IMG/VR virus record: IMGVR_UViG_3300026472_000003
Location: 18,851 to 82,850 of that record
Source: a virus
Lineage: Duplodnaviria; Heunggongvirae; Uroviricota; Caudoviricetes
Length of the DNA stretch: 64,000 nucleotides
Reading direction: 5' to 3' (one strand)
Shown here: piece by piece, positions 42,013 to 52,453 of the stretch
Position numbering within the stretch: position 1 is the first letter of the stretch
Layout of the letters: every line of letters begins with the position of its first letter
The notes under the pieces: generated by a model
What the model was told of the DNA's origin: nothing
Seen by the model: only the letters and a program-made list of their open reading frames with translations
The model's database searches: none
Position numbers and translations under genes: made by a program

Positions 42013-43312
42013 GTTTGGTGTTGGGACTGATGATGCACTCAAGGCGGTGATGGGTGGGGACAATGTCTTCATCACTGGCCCTGGTGGAAGCGGAAAGACC
42101 CACACAATCAAACGTATCCAGTCACTTTTTCCTGAGTCTACTCTGACGGTGGCCCCCACGGGGGTTGCCGCCTTGAATGTGGATGGCATGACGGCACACA
42201 GGGCCTTCGGGCTGAGTATGGGTATCTCTACAGATGAGGATGTGATGGCTATCAAGCCTCGTCACAAGAAACTCATGAAGAGCCGTGACTTGGAGCGTAT
42301 CATCATTGATGAAATCTCCATGGTGCGAGCAGATAAGCTGTGGGAAATCAGTGAGAAGCTGAAATTAGTCAGGAAAAATCCGAAGCCGTTCGGAGGTGTT
42401 CAGATGATCTTCTTTGGTGATTTTTACCAAAACTTGCCAGTTCTCACCTCAGCGGAGGAGGATTTGTATCGGGATCGCTTTGACACAGAGCTGAGTTGTT
42501 GGTCGGATACTTGGAGAGATGCCAATCTATACCCTGTGCTCTTGGAGAAAATCTACCGTCAGAAGAGTGAGAATTTTGCTAACGTGTTGAATTGCGTCAG
42601 AAAAGGGGAGAGATTGGATGAGGTTGTTGATTACATCAACACCAATTGCTACCGCAAAGAGGTTAATCCTCAAGCGGTTACTCTTACCAGCACAAACAAC
42701 CAAGCAGAGAGAATCAACAAAAAATTCTTTGACGAGATTGACAGCCCAATCAAAGAATACAAGGCAAAAGTGATTGGTGATTTCAGCTCACTGCCAGGGC
42801 CGGAAGTTCTCCAGTTGAAAGAGGGGTTGAAGGTGATGATTACTGCCAACCAAGTTGTTGAAGGAGACCAGACCCCTGCCTATGTCAATGGGTCTATCGG
42901 TGTCATCAAGAAACTGTTCAATACTTTTGTTGTGGTTGAGCTGTCGGATGGCAAAGTGGTTGAGATCAACAACAATGTATGGGAAAATGTGGAGTACGCG
43001 CCGGAGAAATACATTGACCCTGTGACGGGTAAGCAGAAGTCTAAGATCAACAAAAAAGTGATTGGTGAATTTTCTGCTTTACCTCTCCGTGCTGCCTATG
43101 CTATAACTATTCACAAGGCTCAAGGGCTTACCCTGCCAGCAGTGAACATTGACTTCGGCTATGGCGCTTTCTCCGCTGGGATGGCATACGTGGCGTTGAG
43201 TCGGGCAACACATTCAGGTGGACTGAGAATGATTAAACCGTTGAAAAAGAAAGACATAATGGTTGACCCACGAGTCATTCAGTTCTACAATCAAACATTC
43301 GAAGGTAGATAG
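42002..43312 (+). CDS. SF1B DNA helicase (Pif1/RecD-like)
   Basis: FITGPGGSGKT, APTGVAA, IIIDEISM, GDFYQNLP, AYAITIHKAQG, YVALSR. Confidence 0.92.
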   Translation: MTNKFGVGTDDALKAVMGGDNVFITGPGGSGKTHTIKRIQSLFPESTLTVAPTGVAALNVDGMTAHRAFGLSMGISTDEDVMAIKPRHKKLMKSRDLERIIIDEISMVRADKLWEISEKLKLVRKNPKPFGGVQMIFFGDFYQNLPVLTSAEEDLYRDRFDTELSCWSDTWRDANLYPVLLEKIYRQKSENFANVLNCVRKGERLDEVVDYINTNCYRKEVNPQAVTLTSTNNQAERINKKFFDEIDSPIKEYKAKVIGDFSSLPGPEVLQLKEGLKVMITANQVVEGDQTPAYVNGSIGVIKKLFNTFVVVELSDGKVVEINNNVWENVEYAPEKYIDPVTGKQKSKINKKVIGEFSALPLRAAYAITIHKAQGLTLPAVNIDFGYGAFSAGMAYVALSRATHSGGLRMIKPLKKKDIMVDPRVIQFYNQTFEGR

Positions 43313-43321
43313 GAGTAAATT

Positions 43322-43795
43322 ATGGCATCAGCATCTCGTCAAGAATTAGTGGCTAAGTTCCGAAAGGAACTTGCAGACTACAACGCTTTCAGTGCATTAC
43401 GCTCTGAGGAGAGTAAAGATACCACCCATATCCAGATGGCGTCTGTTGACGAGATGATGTCTGCTTATGGTTATGTTCCACGTCGGGTGGCACGTTACCC
43501 ACATATTACCGATGGTCGTTTTGGCTATCAGTTGGTTAAGGCGGACAAGGGCTACGACAGCCGTATGATCTTCATGTCGCTGGAAGCGGCGGTGCGGATG
43601 CACAACGGAACCACAGGAGGTTTCAGAACTCTTTCCTCCGCTAATCGAGGCAAGAGCCGGAGTGCCTTCGCCCGTAGCAACCGGATTGTTGAGACCGTGT
43701 CCCTCCAGCGTAACAAGCGCTGGGGTAATGACGCCTCCGGCCTGAAATCTCAGACACGTTGGGTTAAGTTTTTGGAGCAAGAGAATGGAAGTTGA
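43322..43795 (+). CDS. basic hypothetical protein
   Basis: AGGAG RBS. Confidence 0.75.
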   Translation: MASASRQELVAKFRKELADYNAFSALRSEESKDTTHIQMASVDEMMSAYGYVPRRVARYPHITDGRFGYQLVKADKGYDSRMIFMSLEAAVRMHNGTTGGFRTLSSANRGKSRSAFARSNRIVETVSLQRNKRWGNDASGLKSQTRWVKFLEQENGS

Positions 43796-43979
43796 GGCCT
43801 GCGTCTTCTGTAACAATCCACTGGCGGATGTAAAGGCAAAGAGAACCCAAACCAGCCGCTTGGTGTTTCATTCGGTAGAATGCCCCAAATGCGGGGCAAC
43901 AGGCCCCAGGGCATTGACGCCAAAGACAGCCGTATCACTATGGAACAAGGGGAGTAAAAAAGAAGATGGAGACTGTTGA
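43785..43979 (+). CDS. Lar-like restriction alleviation zinc-ribbon protein
   Basis: CVFC...VECPKCGATGP...AVSLWN matches the Lar family pattern. Confidence 0.7.
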   Translation: MEVEACVFCNNPLADVKAKRTQTSRLVFHSVECPKCGATGPRALTPKTAVSLWNKGSKKEDGDC

Positions 43980-44136
43980 GGACTTCACAGACTTGGCTCA
44001 ACTCAGCAATGAGAAGCTGTTGAAACTCCGTGACGTTGCAAACAGCAACGCGAGAAAACTTAACAAAGAAGCCGCAGATGCCATGCAACGCTTGCGGGAT
44101 ATTCTTGACGAATTGGAGAAAAGAAAAAATGTTTGA
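43966..44136 (+). CDS. small coiled-coil protein (56 aa, not in the track)
   Basis: manual translation METVEDFTDLAQLSNEKLLKLRD...; overlaps both neighbours. Confidence 0.55.
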   Translation: METVEDFTDLAQLSNEKLLKLRDVANSNARKLNKEAADAMQRLRDILDELEKRKNV

Positions 44137-44410
44137 CAAAATCCTTAATTGGCTATTCCCTGGGCGCGTCGAAGAGGATGTCCCTGTTATCATCCATGAC
44201 TTCACAGAGCGCTGTGTAGGCCACGACATCGCTTTGCATTACAACCCTGCCGATGACACAGGGTCTGCCCTTATCTCCTCACTGGAGCGCATACAGGTGG
44301 GAGAATTTATCGATACACCCGAGGTTGGTTCGCTGTTCATCGTTACCGAGGTGAAAGAAGAGGCCCCGATGCTGTATCGTGTTGAACTTAACTTGGTGGA
44401 TCAAGAATGA
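44129..44410 (+). CDS. hypothetical protein
   Basis: start moved to ATG 44129 behind GGAG. Confidence 0.65.
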   Translation: MFDKILNWLFPGRVEEDVPVIIHDFTERCVGHDIALHYNPADDTGSALISSLERIQVGEFIDTPEVGSLFIVTEVKEEAPMLYRVELNLVDQE

Positions 44411-44685
44411 GTGATAACAGAATAACGATAGAGTTCCCCTATGATCATCCAGATCGTGGCTCGGTCAATGTGGAGGCTTCTTTTACAATTCAGCCGAAGG
44501 ATATCCACGGGGAGAGTGACTGGGACTATAACGGGTTCCAAGAACTGGATTACCTAGCTGTTTTCCAGAAGGGCCAGCAGATCTTCGTTGACATTCCAGA
44601 CGATGTTCTGTACCATCATCTAAGAGACAAGCTCCGAGATCTGGAAATCTCGGGCTGTTATTCCAAAGAGAACGGGGAGATTTGA
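44407..44685 (+). CDS. acidic hypothetical protein
   Basis: ATGA overlap. Confidence 0.7.
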   Translation: MSDNRITIEFPYDHPDRGSVNVEASFTIQPKDIHGESDWDYNGFQELDYLAVFQKGQQIFVDIPDDVLYHHLRDKLRDLEISGCYSKENGEI

Positions 44686-44933
44686 AGAAAATGAGCCATA
44701 AAGTTAAAATCTTAGACTTTGAACGTAAGGCTATCAGAGTAGGGGATGCTCAACAAATTCTGGAAAAGTATCTTGATGAAGGGTACACCATAGCGGGGGT
44801 TTGTGAGGCAAATGGTTTTGTCACTTATACTCTCGTAAAAGTTATCATTGAGGCCCGTTGTATACCAGAGATGATCCACGTCAGAGAACGTCGCAAAGCG
44901 ATAACAGCTCATGGCGAGGCGGGATTGCACTGA
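44682..44933 (+). CDS. hypothetical protein
   Basis: GGGGAG RBS. Confidence 0.6.
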   Translation: MKKMSHKVKILDFERKAIRVGDAQQILEKYLDEGYTIAGVCEANGFVTYTLVKVIIEARCIPEMIHVRERRKAITAHGEAGLH

Positions 44934-45328
44934 TGACCACTGATTACCCTATCCAGGAGGGTGTGTCGTTAGACACACTCCCGAGCATATGCATAAAAAG
45001 CTGGGTCGATAATGATGGGAATACAACCCGAGTGCAGAGAAAAATTGTCTGTGCAGCAAATCGGTTTGAACTTACATCAGGGGGTAGTCTTGTTATCCCT
45101 GCCTCGCGGCACTACAGCCCGATAATGCGGGGCTTGTCGAAGAGACTAGCTCAAGCAAAAATGATCAAGACAATGATGGTCTGCGGTGATGATCAAGGGT
45201 TTATTGACCAGTTCGATGATTACCATACCCGAGAGGATGCTTTGGTGATTGTCAAACACTCAGGGCAGACCTTCCATCCAGATCGGAATGGTACAGGGAA
45301 AGAACTATTCAGCGAGGGACTTTACTAA
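44933..45328 (+). CDS. phage hypothetical protein
   Basis: TGATG overlap; CAANR...RHY...DQGFIDQF..Y.TRE motif-like pattern. Confidence 0.7.
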   Translation: MTTDYPIQEGVSLDTLPSICIKSWVDNDGNTTRVQRKIVCAANRFELTSGGSLVIPASRHYSPIMRGLSKRLAQAKMIKTMMVCGDDQGFIDQFDDYHTREDALVIVKHSGQTFHPDRNGTGKELFSEGLY

Positions 45329-45388
45329 TGGTATTCTTGCTATCGATGATAATCATCCTGCTGTTCTTAGCGGGGAGTTGAGGAAGAT

Positions 45389-45763
45389 ATGGGACAAAAC
45401 ACACTGATAGAGGTGAACGGTGAACTCTTGATTAGAGCCGCTGAACACTTGACTAAGTGTCAGAAAATAGGGGAGTTAGCCATTGAACGGCTGAAAGAAA
45501 AAAAGGTAAAGGTTCGACATTGGCTCTTCTTCAAGAAAGAGGTCAGCCTTTGGAGTCACTTCCTTCGCACTGGCACCAACTCTTGGAGTCCTACGGGATA
45601 CTTGGCACACCGTTTCGGTTTGGTGACTGAGGAAGAGGGTCAGTGTATTGACCTGGTTCGTTGTAACTACGACTTCCGCAGCTACACAAAGCACGGGCGT
45701 GGTTTTTACTTGGATGCCAGTGAGTATATGCTCATAGACCGTATTCTGAGCATAAAGGTTTAA
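45389..45763 (+). CDS. hypothetical protein
   Basis: GAGGA RBS. Confidence 0.7.
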   Translation: MGQNTLIEVNGELLIRAAEHLTKCQKIGELAIERLKEKKVKVRHWLFFKKEVSLWSHFLRTGTNSWSPTGYLAHRFGLVTEEEGQCIDLVRCNYDFRSYTKHGRGFYLDASEYMLIDRILSIKV

Positions 45764-45783
45764 TTTATCAAGTTGGAGGAAGG

Positions 45784-46476
45784 TTGGTAAAAAAGGTGAT
45801 CATTCTTTATGACTACACCTCGGTAATGGCACAGCCTTGGCTAAAGGCTGGCTATGAGGTGTGGACATTTGACGGGCAACACTTACCAGGAATAACCAGA
45901 GAAGGGAATCTTGTTAAGGTTGGGATGTGGTTCTTCCACGACAAGACACAAGAGCAAGCCTTTGAGATCAAGGAGATGGTTGGTGAGGGTGTGAGTCTTG
46001 TTTTTGGGTTTCCAGAGTGTACCCATTTAACCAACGCTGGTTCTCGTCACTGGGCCAAGAAACGCGCCGCAAATCCCGACTTTCAAAAAGAAGCTATGGA
46101 TCTGTGCCTCTTGGTTGAAAAGTTGGGAAACGAATATGCAGTTCCTTGGGCGTTCGAGAACCCCGTGGGAGTTCTTTCTTCCATGTATCGGACACCAGAC
46201 TATTACTTCGACCCCAAGGATTATGGTCAGTATCTCCCAGAGGATGATATACACCCCCTATATCCGAGCATATACCCCGCCAGAGACGCTTACAACAAGA
46301 AGACATGCATTTGGATGGGGAACGGGGCAAAACAGCCCACAAAGCGTCCTGTGAAGGAACTGAGCAAGGACAATCCTGGTTGGAAACTCTGCGGAGGTAA
46401 GTCTACCAGAACAAAGAACATTCGAAGCTGTACTCCTCGCGGGTTTGCTGAGGCGTTCTTCCAAGATAACCATTGA
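45784..46476 (+). CDS. DNA cytosine-C5 methyltransferase-like protein
   Basis: catalytic FGFPECT (PC motif IV) and FENPVG (motif VI); YNKKTCIW. Confidence 0.75.
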   Translation: MVKKVIILYDYTSVMAQPWLKAGYEVWTFDGQHLPGITREGNLVKVGMWFFHDKTQEQAFEIKEMVGEGVSLVFGFPECTHLTNAGSRHWAKKRAANPDFQKEAMDLCLLVEKLGNEYAVPWAFENPVGVLSSMYRTPDYYFDPKDYGQYLPEDDIHPLYPSIYPARDAYNKKTCIWMGNGAKQPTKRPVKELSKDNPGWKLCGGKSTRTKNIRSCTPRGFAEAFFQDNH

Positions 46477-46486
46477 TGGGAGGGGC

Positions 46487-48517
46487 ATGAAAGACGGATT
46501 ATTTGGCGGCTATACAAAAGGGGGGTCAAACCCCAAAGCGTTCAAGAAAGGTGGAGGCGGATTGACATTTAAGATTGAAGAGACCATTGATGATATTGCA
46601 AGCTACCCGTGTTTAGCAATACCAGAACGGGGCATTACCCGAGAGACGGCTGACCACTTTGGGATCAGGGTTAAACTTGACCCGCAGACAGGGATGAAGC
46701 ATGAGGCTCACTACTTCCCTTATTACTACGACGGCAAGCTGGCTGGGTACAAAAAGCGTGACTTGACAAAGCCCAAGGCAGACAAGGGCCACTTTACAGT
46801 TGTAGGTTTCCAATCTGTGGCGTGTGAGCTGTTTGGTATGCAGGCCGCTAATAGTACAGGCGGCAAGAAGGTATTCATTACGGAAGGTGAATACGATGCG
46901 GCTGTGCTGTACCAAGTCATGAAAGAGAAATACCCACGAGGAAATCCTAGTGTGGTGTCAATCTCTAACGGGACAGGAAACGCTGTACAAAACATCGGGC
47001 AAAAGGTGAACATGAAGTTCATCAAACGCCATGGGGAGATTGTTCTTTGTTTCGATGCAGATAAGGCCAATGAAGCAGAGAAGCAGAAGAAGATCATGAA
47101 GGGGCGCGATGCCACAGCAGCGGTCTACTCGTTAATCCCAGAAATAAAAGTGGCTGACTTCCCTGACGACTTTGACCCTTGCGACATGGTTGCACAGGGG
47201 ATGGCGGAGCAGCTCTACTGGTCAGCAATGAAACCTGTGGAGTATGTGCCTGAGGGTTTCCGTACTTACGACCAGATCCGAGCTAAAGCCCAAGAGCTAC
47301 CACGCTTGGGTCGCCCATGGCCTTGGCCTACAATGACCAAGATGACCTTGGGTCGCCGTGAAGGTGAAGGGTATTTCATTGGCGCTGGCGTTAAGATGGG
47401 TAAATCCGAGTGGCTTAACCAACTTGCGGAGCATATCTTCAAGGTTGAGCGCACCAAGGTGGCACTGTTTAAGTTTGAGGAAGAGAACGCCATCACCTGT
47501 AAGAAGATTGCAGGTAAGCTCTATCACAAAGATTTCACCAACGCAGAGAAGGTGTGCTTACCAGACGGCCTCGGTGGGTGGATTGATGTGTGGGGTAATC
47601 CGGTAACACCGGACATGCGTGGCTACTTTGTGCAGGAAGAGTTAGTGTCGGCAACTGACGAAGTCGGTGACAACATTATCTACTACTCAAACTATGGTCG
47701 TGCTGTTTGGGACGAAGTAAAAGGTGCTATCCGACATGCTGTACTGGTAGAAGGTGCTAAGGACGTCTTCATTGACCCTATCACCCGTCTGACCCAGGGG
47801 ATGACCGCCAGTGAGGCTAACACCGAGCTGGAGAGATTTTCGGATGAGATCTCGAAGATGGCGAAGGAGCTTGGTTTCACTTATTACTGCTTCTGTCACC
47901 TGAACAAGCCTGAAAACGGTAAGCCTCACGAGTTTGGGGGTCAGGTTCAATCGGCACAATTCGCAGGTAGCCGTGCAATGATGAGGAACACGTACTACAT
48001 GGTGGGGATCGAGCGTAACAAAGACCCTGAGCTGACGCCGAAAGAGCGTAATACCTCCTACTTCGTCATCTTGGATGACCGTAAGCATGGTCGTGCTGGT
48101 AAATTTGCTGTGTTCTATGATGTTGACACAGGGGATTATCTTGAACCACCAGAAGGATTCTTGGACTCGGAGTGCCAAACACTACGGGAGTGGTACAACA
48201 TTCATCCTGAGAGCAAAGACGCAGTGATATTGGGGTCGGTGAGGGAGTTGTCTCCTGATAACCAGGCAAACCAACACTACACGGATTTGACCGAGGAGAA
48301 CATTCCGTCGGATGGTGACGACAAAGCACACATCCAAGAGTTCAAGCAAGTGTTAGGCGAGGCTATTGGCGTCCCAACGGATGTTCAACCTCCTCAGCCT
48401 TCAACACCAATACCTGACATAGGCCAGGTGTTCACGGGAATGGATGACGAAGCGCCTCCTTTTGCACCGCCAGGGTTACAGTATGCAAGACATGCAATCA
48501 GTGCGTTGTACCCGTAA
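46487..48517 (+). CDS. fused DNA primase/helicase (TOPRIM plus DnaB-like)
   Basis: RGIT.ETA..FG, FITEGEYDA, CFDAD, Walker A GAGVKMGKS, FIDPI, HLNKP, GSRAM; start at 46487 behind GGAGG. Confidence 0.92.
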   Translation: MKDGLFGGYTKGGSNPKAFKKGGGGLTFKIEETIDDIASYPCLAIPERGITRETADHFGIRVKLDPQTGMKHEAHYFPYYYDGKLAGYKKRDLTKPKADKGHFTVVGFQSVACELFGMQAANSTGGKKVFITEGEYDAAVLYQVMKEKYPRGNPSVVSISNGTGNAVQNIGQKVNMKFIKRHGEIVLCFDADKANEAEKQKKIMKGRDATAAVYSLIPEIKVADFPDDFDPCDMVAQGMAEQLYWSAMKPVEYVPEGFRTYDQIRAKAQELPRLGRPWPWPTMTKMTLGRREGEGYFIGAGVKMGKSEWLNQLAEHIFKVERTKVALFKFEEENAITCKKIAGKLYHKDFTNAEKVCLPDGLGGWIDVWGNPVTPDMRGYFVQEELVSATDEVGDNIIYYSNYGRAVWDEVKGAIRHAVLVEGAKDVFIDPITRLTQGMTASEANTELERFSDEISKMAKELGFTYYCFCHLNKPENGKPHEFGGQVQSAQFAGSRAMMRNTYYMVGIERNKDPELTPKERNTSYFVILDDRKHGRAGKFAVFYDVDTGDYLEPPEGFLDSECQTLREWYNIHPESKDAVILGSVRELSPDNQANQHYTDLTEENIPSDGDDKAHIQEFKQVLGEAIGVPTDVQPPQPSTPIPDIGQVFTGMDDEAPPFAPPGLQYARHAISALYP

Positions 48518-48947
48518 ATCGTGTTTCAAGTGCGGGGTTGACAAGCCCCTCACTGATTTCTACAAGCATCCAACAATGCCGGATGGTCACGTCAACAAAT
48601 GTAAGGAGTGCAACAAAAAAGATAACCACCGGAACCGAGAAGCCAGATTGGAGTATTACCGAGAATTTGACCTTAACCGAGCAAGGAAAGATCGGCACAA
48701 AGCCCCTGGGGAATATGACAAGAGGAATCCAGAGAAAAAGAAAGCGCACAATGCAGTGAACAACGCTCTCAGAGACGGGAGATTAACAAAAGCTGTTGCT
48801 TGTGAACACTGTGGAGAGGAACGACGACTGTCAGGGCATCATCACTCTTATGCGGAAGAGTTTCGTTTAGATGTGGAATGGCTATGCAGCCCCTGTCACT
48901 CGAAAGAACACAAGCGACTTTTATCGTTGGGAGTTGATCCTGACTAA
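48483..48947 (+). CDS. HNH endonuclease with N-terminal Zn fingers
   Basis: CFKC...CKEC; CEHC...HHHSY...DVEWLCSPCHSKEH; start uncertain. Confidence 0.8.
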   Translation: MQDMQSVRCTRKSCFKCGVDKPLTDFYKHPTMPDGHVNKCKECNKKDNHRNREARLEYYREFDLNRARKDRHKAPGEYDKRNPEKKKAHNAVNNALRDGRLTKAVACEHCGEERRLSGHHHSYAEEFRLDVEWLCSPCHSKEHKRLLSLGVDPD

Positions 48948-48997
48948 ATCCAAGGACGGGCGGCAGTACAGCCCAGCCCGTTCCACCGGAGGAATAC

Positions 48998-51364
48998 TTG
49001 AAAGGTCTGTTTATACACGATACCGAAGCCGACGGACTGTTGGAAGAGGTAACTAAATACCACTGTACTTTGCTGAAAGAGTATGGTGTAAATAACTGGA
49101 ACTTGTTCCTTGATCCTACCCACGAGGAGTACGAAAGTGCTGTCAACTTCGCAAACAACCAGGGGGTCAACTTAACAATCCGCTCATACGATGAACTTGA
49201 GGCATTCTTAAAGACCTGTAAGGGCCTTGCTTGCCACAATTCCTTCGGCTACGACCACAGATTATGGTTGAAACTGTCGGGGATTGAGTACAACATGTTC
49301 AAAGATAAAGGTTGCCGTGGAACCATCGGGGATACCCAGGTGGATCTGTACGATACCTTATCCATGAGCCGAGTTTTGTTCCCAGACCGCCCATTACCAG
49401 CGGGATGCCCTGATAGTGTGCAGAACCCTGTTACAGGGAAAAGCCAGAAGGTGGGGCCACATGGATTACTTGCTTGGGGCTATCGAGTCGCTAACAAGAA
49501 AGTCCAGATTGATGATTGGCGTAATCAGCCGCTATGGGAATATGTCCACCGTGTGTGGGAAGACGTCCTGATAAACGAAGCGGTCTGGTCTGAGTTGATG
49601 AAGGAAATCTCAGGCAAAAGATGGCCTGATGATGCAGCCTTTATGTACAAAGATAAGCCAGAGGGTATGCACCAGATCAACTGGAAGAACTCCCTTCGTC
49701 GCAGAATGCTTACTGATTACCTGATGATCGAACAAGAAATCCAAGGTGTGGCGTTTGATGCAGCCGCTGCTAGGGCCTTGTGCGCTCACATCGACATTGA
49801 GATGCACAAGATTGAGGACGAAGTAGAACCTCAATTGCCAATGAAGGAGCTTTCAAAGTCACAGCAGCCTAAGTTCCCTGCCGCGCCGTTCGATGGGTCG
49901 GGTGCCATTTCTCACCACGGGTGGAATTGGTTGGAGAACCGCTTGGGATATCCGGTAAATCGTGAGGCCTTAGACCACAAAGCTCCCCCGAAGACTGCCT
50001 TTAAGGCGGATGGGTCGGTTAGTGTTGCAGGTGAGAACTATTGCAAAAAGAATGGTGTTGAAGATCCCGCAATGTTTGCTGATTACATTAGGACACAAAG
50101 GGTAGCCGAGCAGACGCTGACGCCGTTACCTCCTGATCTGATGGAAAAAGCAGTTGCTGATCTGAGAGCACAGACCATGCCTGACATAATGGTTCCGATG
50201 AAAATTGCTAACCAGGACGACATTAAAAAGTACCTGATTCGTGATGCAAACTGGAAGCCCACTATCTGGCGCACAAAAGATGTGACAAGAGACCAGTTCA
50301 AGAAGAGCAGATCCGAAGCAGAGATCCGAGAACTGGTGACAAAATACATGGATGCCTTGGGTGAGTCCGAGTATAAAAACCTTATCTTTGAATACCTTAA
50401 CCAGACGGATGGTAAGTTCAAAGTCACTGTGAGGAAGTTTGATTCCCGCAAGGATAACTTTAAGGTTGAAGAGGAGATCTTCAAGAAGTTCCTGAGAAAG
50501 GCACGGCAGCTACCAACATCGCCGCAGTTGAAGGATAACTTCGGTAAGCTCTGCCCAAACTTAGAAAAGATTGATGGTCACTTGGCAAAACTGATTGTTA
50601 AATGGTTGTCATACCGGAACCGACGGTCTGTGCTTGACCCTATCGACGAGGAAAAGACGGATACAGGATTACTGAATCACCCACGATTGTTGGTGGACGG
50701 TAAACTTCCGGCCCGATATTCTGGGATAACGAATACAGGGCGCTGTAAGCACACCGTTTGTGCCAACATGCCCAAGCCAGACCCTAAGGTTCTCCTCGGG
50801 AAAGAGATGAGGGGGTTGTGGGGTGTTGATACAGATGAGTATTACCAGGTTGGTATCGATGGGTCAAACCTGGAGGGTATGGTGGCGGCGTGGGGGGCAT
50901 TCCAGTTTGATAATGGAGAATACCTCCGTATCATGGAGAGTGGTGATGCCCACGCAAGAAACGCCGAAGCGTACACCAAAGCGGCAGGCAAGGAAGTAAC
51001 ACGTAATGGTGGCAAAGGGGTGACCTACGGCATCATGTACGGCGCTCAGGCTGCGAAGATAGCTTCTATGTTGGACATTTCTCTTGAGGCCGCACAGCGA
51101 GTTATAGACGCATTCTGGGATAGCAACTTCGGGTTGAAGGGTCGTAAGGAATGGTTGGAGAATTTCTACGAAGCCTCAGGCAAGAGATTTATCCCTGGGA
51201 TCGATGGTCGTAAGATTTGGTGTCGCTCTAAGCACTCTTTGCTGAATGCTTACCAACAAAATGGTGGTGCCTCACTGTTCGATTTGGTTGGGATTCTCCT
51301 CCACTGGGAACTGGTAAAGCGTGGATGGTATGACGACGGCGTTCGTAGAATAATTTATTACCAT
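48998..51364 (+). CDS. family A DNA polymerase, exon 1
   Basis: ExoI HDTEADGL, ExoII CHNSFGYD, ExoIII DV; motif A IDGSNLE; motif B RNGGKGVTYG..YG; ends IIYYH, the first residue of motif C HDE. Confidence 0.93.
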
Positions 51365-52095
51365 AAATAACATTGTGGCTTTGTGAGGTAACTCACATCG
51401 AAAAACTTCTTTAATTGCTGGGAGTCCTAAAGGCACAAATACTACAAAGTGATCCGTGAGGATGGACTTGACAGTTTGAAAGATTTGTGTATGATTCCTC
51501 TTTTTGGGAGGAAGAAATGGATAATCAGCAGGAAAGACAACTTACACGTATCCCAGATTTTAAGGGTTACTATTTTTGCGAAGAAGGGCACATTTATTCA
51601 GACAAGAGGGGGGAACTTAAGCGTCTGAAAGAGCACAAGCACGGAGGTAAGACAAAGAAAACTTACTACCGAGTAAAGCTCTGGAATAAATGTTACCTAG
51701 TTCACCGTTTGATTGGAGCATACCTTGAAGGAAGAGAACTGCTACCTGATGAGCATGTCAACCATATAGACGGGAATACAGAGAACAACAGACCACCAAA
51801 CTTGGAGATAGTTTCTCACAAGGGGAATGTTGAACATGCTGTCAAGAACAACCTGTATTGCTCTGGGGACGCTTGGTATGCCGCAAGAGGTAAGTTGTAA
51901 TCTTCAGAGACTATCGAAAGGCAACGGGAGTTGAACCGAGTAGAGTAGGTGACCAAGTGGCATCGAAATGGGAAGCATCCTACCTGAAAAGAGGATGGTG
52001 ATATAGTCCGATCCTACGTGAAAACGTATTGGCAACGCAAAGGTGATTACTTGCACTGTGGCGTGGGCGAGCGTAACGACCTCGTTAAACGAATG
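51365..52095 (+). mobile_element. group I self-splicing intron (731 nt) in the DNA polymerase gene
   Basis: P AATTGCTGGGA (51413), Q AATCAGCAGG (51523), R TCAGAGACTA (51904), S GATATAGTCC (52000); exon ends in U pairing with IGS GUGG; terminal G at 52095; splicing restores YYH|DEY in frame. Confidence 0.93.
51517..51900 (+). CDS. intron-encoded HNH homing endonuclease
   Basis: NUMOD4-like IPDFKGYY...G.IYS; VHRL...HVNHIDGNTENNRPPNLE...N; GGGAGG RBS before ATG 51517. Confidence 0.88.
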   Translation: MDNQQERQLTRIPDFKGYYFCEEGHIYSDKRGELKRLKEHKHGGKTKKTYYRVKLWNKCYLVHRLIGAYLEGRELLPDEHVNHIDGNTENNRPPNLEIVSHKGNVEHAVKNNLYCSGDAWYAARGKL

Positions 52096-52428
52096 GATGA
52101 GTACCAACTACAAGTACCGAAGAAATACCGCAAGACTTGGGAGTTCGACACCATGGCAGAGGCTGACGCTTTCGCCAAGCAATGTGAAGAACAGGGTCGT
52201 GTTCTCGACGGGCATCCGTACAAGGAAGCTCTGAAAGATATGGAAGGCAATAAGGTCAAAGGGCAATACGTCCCGATCCTGAATGAGAATGGGAAACTTC
52301 AAATTCAGTATTGCCCTGTTGGTGAAATGGTGGTAAGGTGTGTTGAGAAGGCAGCTCAGATGATGGGGTCACCTGTCATGATCACAGGCGCATACCTCAC
52401 TGGAAACAACTGGGCGGAATGCCACTAA
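52096..52428 (+). CDS. family A DNA polymerase, exon 2
   Basis: begins DEYQLQV (motif C); ends GNNWAECH; spliced product 899 aa by coordinate arithmetic. Confidence 0.9.
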   Translation, partial: DEYQLQVPKKYRKTWEFDTMAEADAFAKQCEEQGRVLDGHPYKEALKDMEGNKVKGQYVPILNENGKLQIQYCPVGEMVVRCVEKAAQMMGSPVMITGAYLTGNNWAECH

Positions 52429-52453
52429 GCAAGGCATTGATAAATAAGGGGAA

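Noticed and set aside
45328-45381. 17-aa hydrophobic micro-ORF (MVFLLSMIIILLFLAGS)
   Set aside because: Coupled by TAATG and fills a gap, but too short to support without ribosome profiling
48998-51370. Polymerase as a truncated pseudogene or intein host
   Set aside because: The stop lies 6 nt inside a group I intron; no intein C/S...HN junction motifs were seen in the polymerase or primase-helicase
52018-52095. GTG-start 136-aa ORF as an independent gene
   Set aside because: The first 26 codons are intron P9 sequence; the rest is polymerase exon 2
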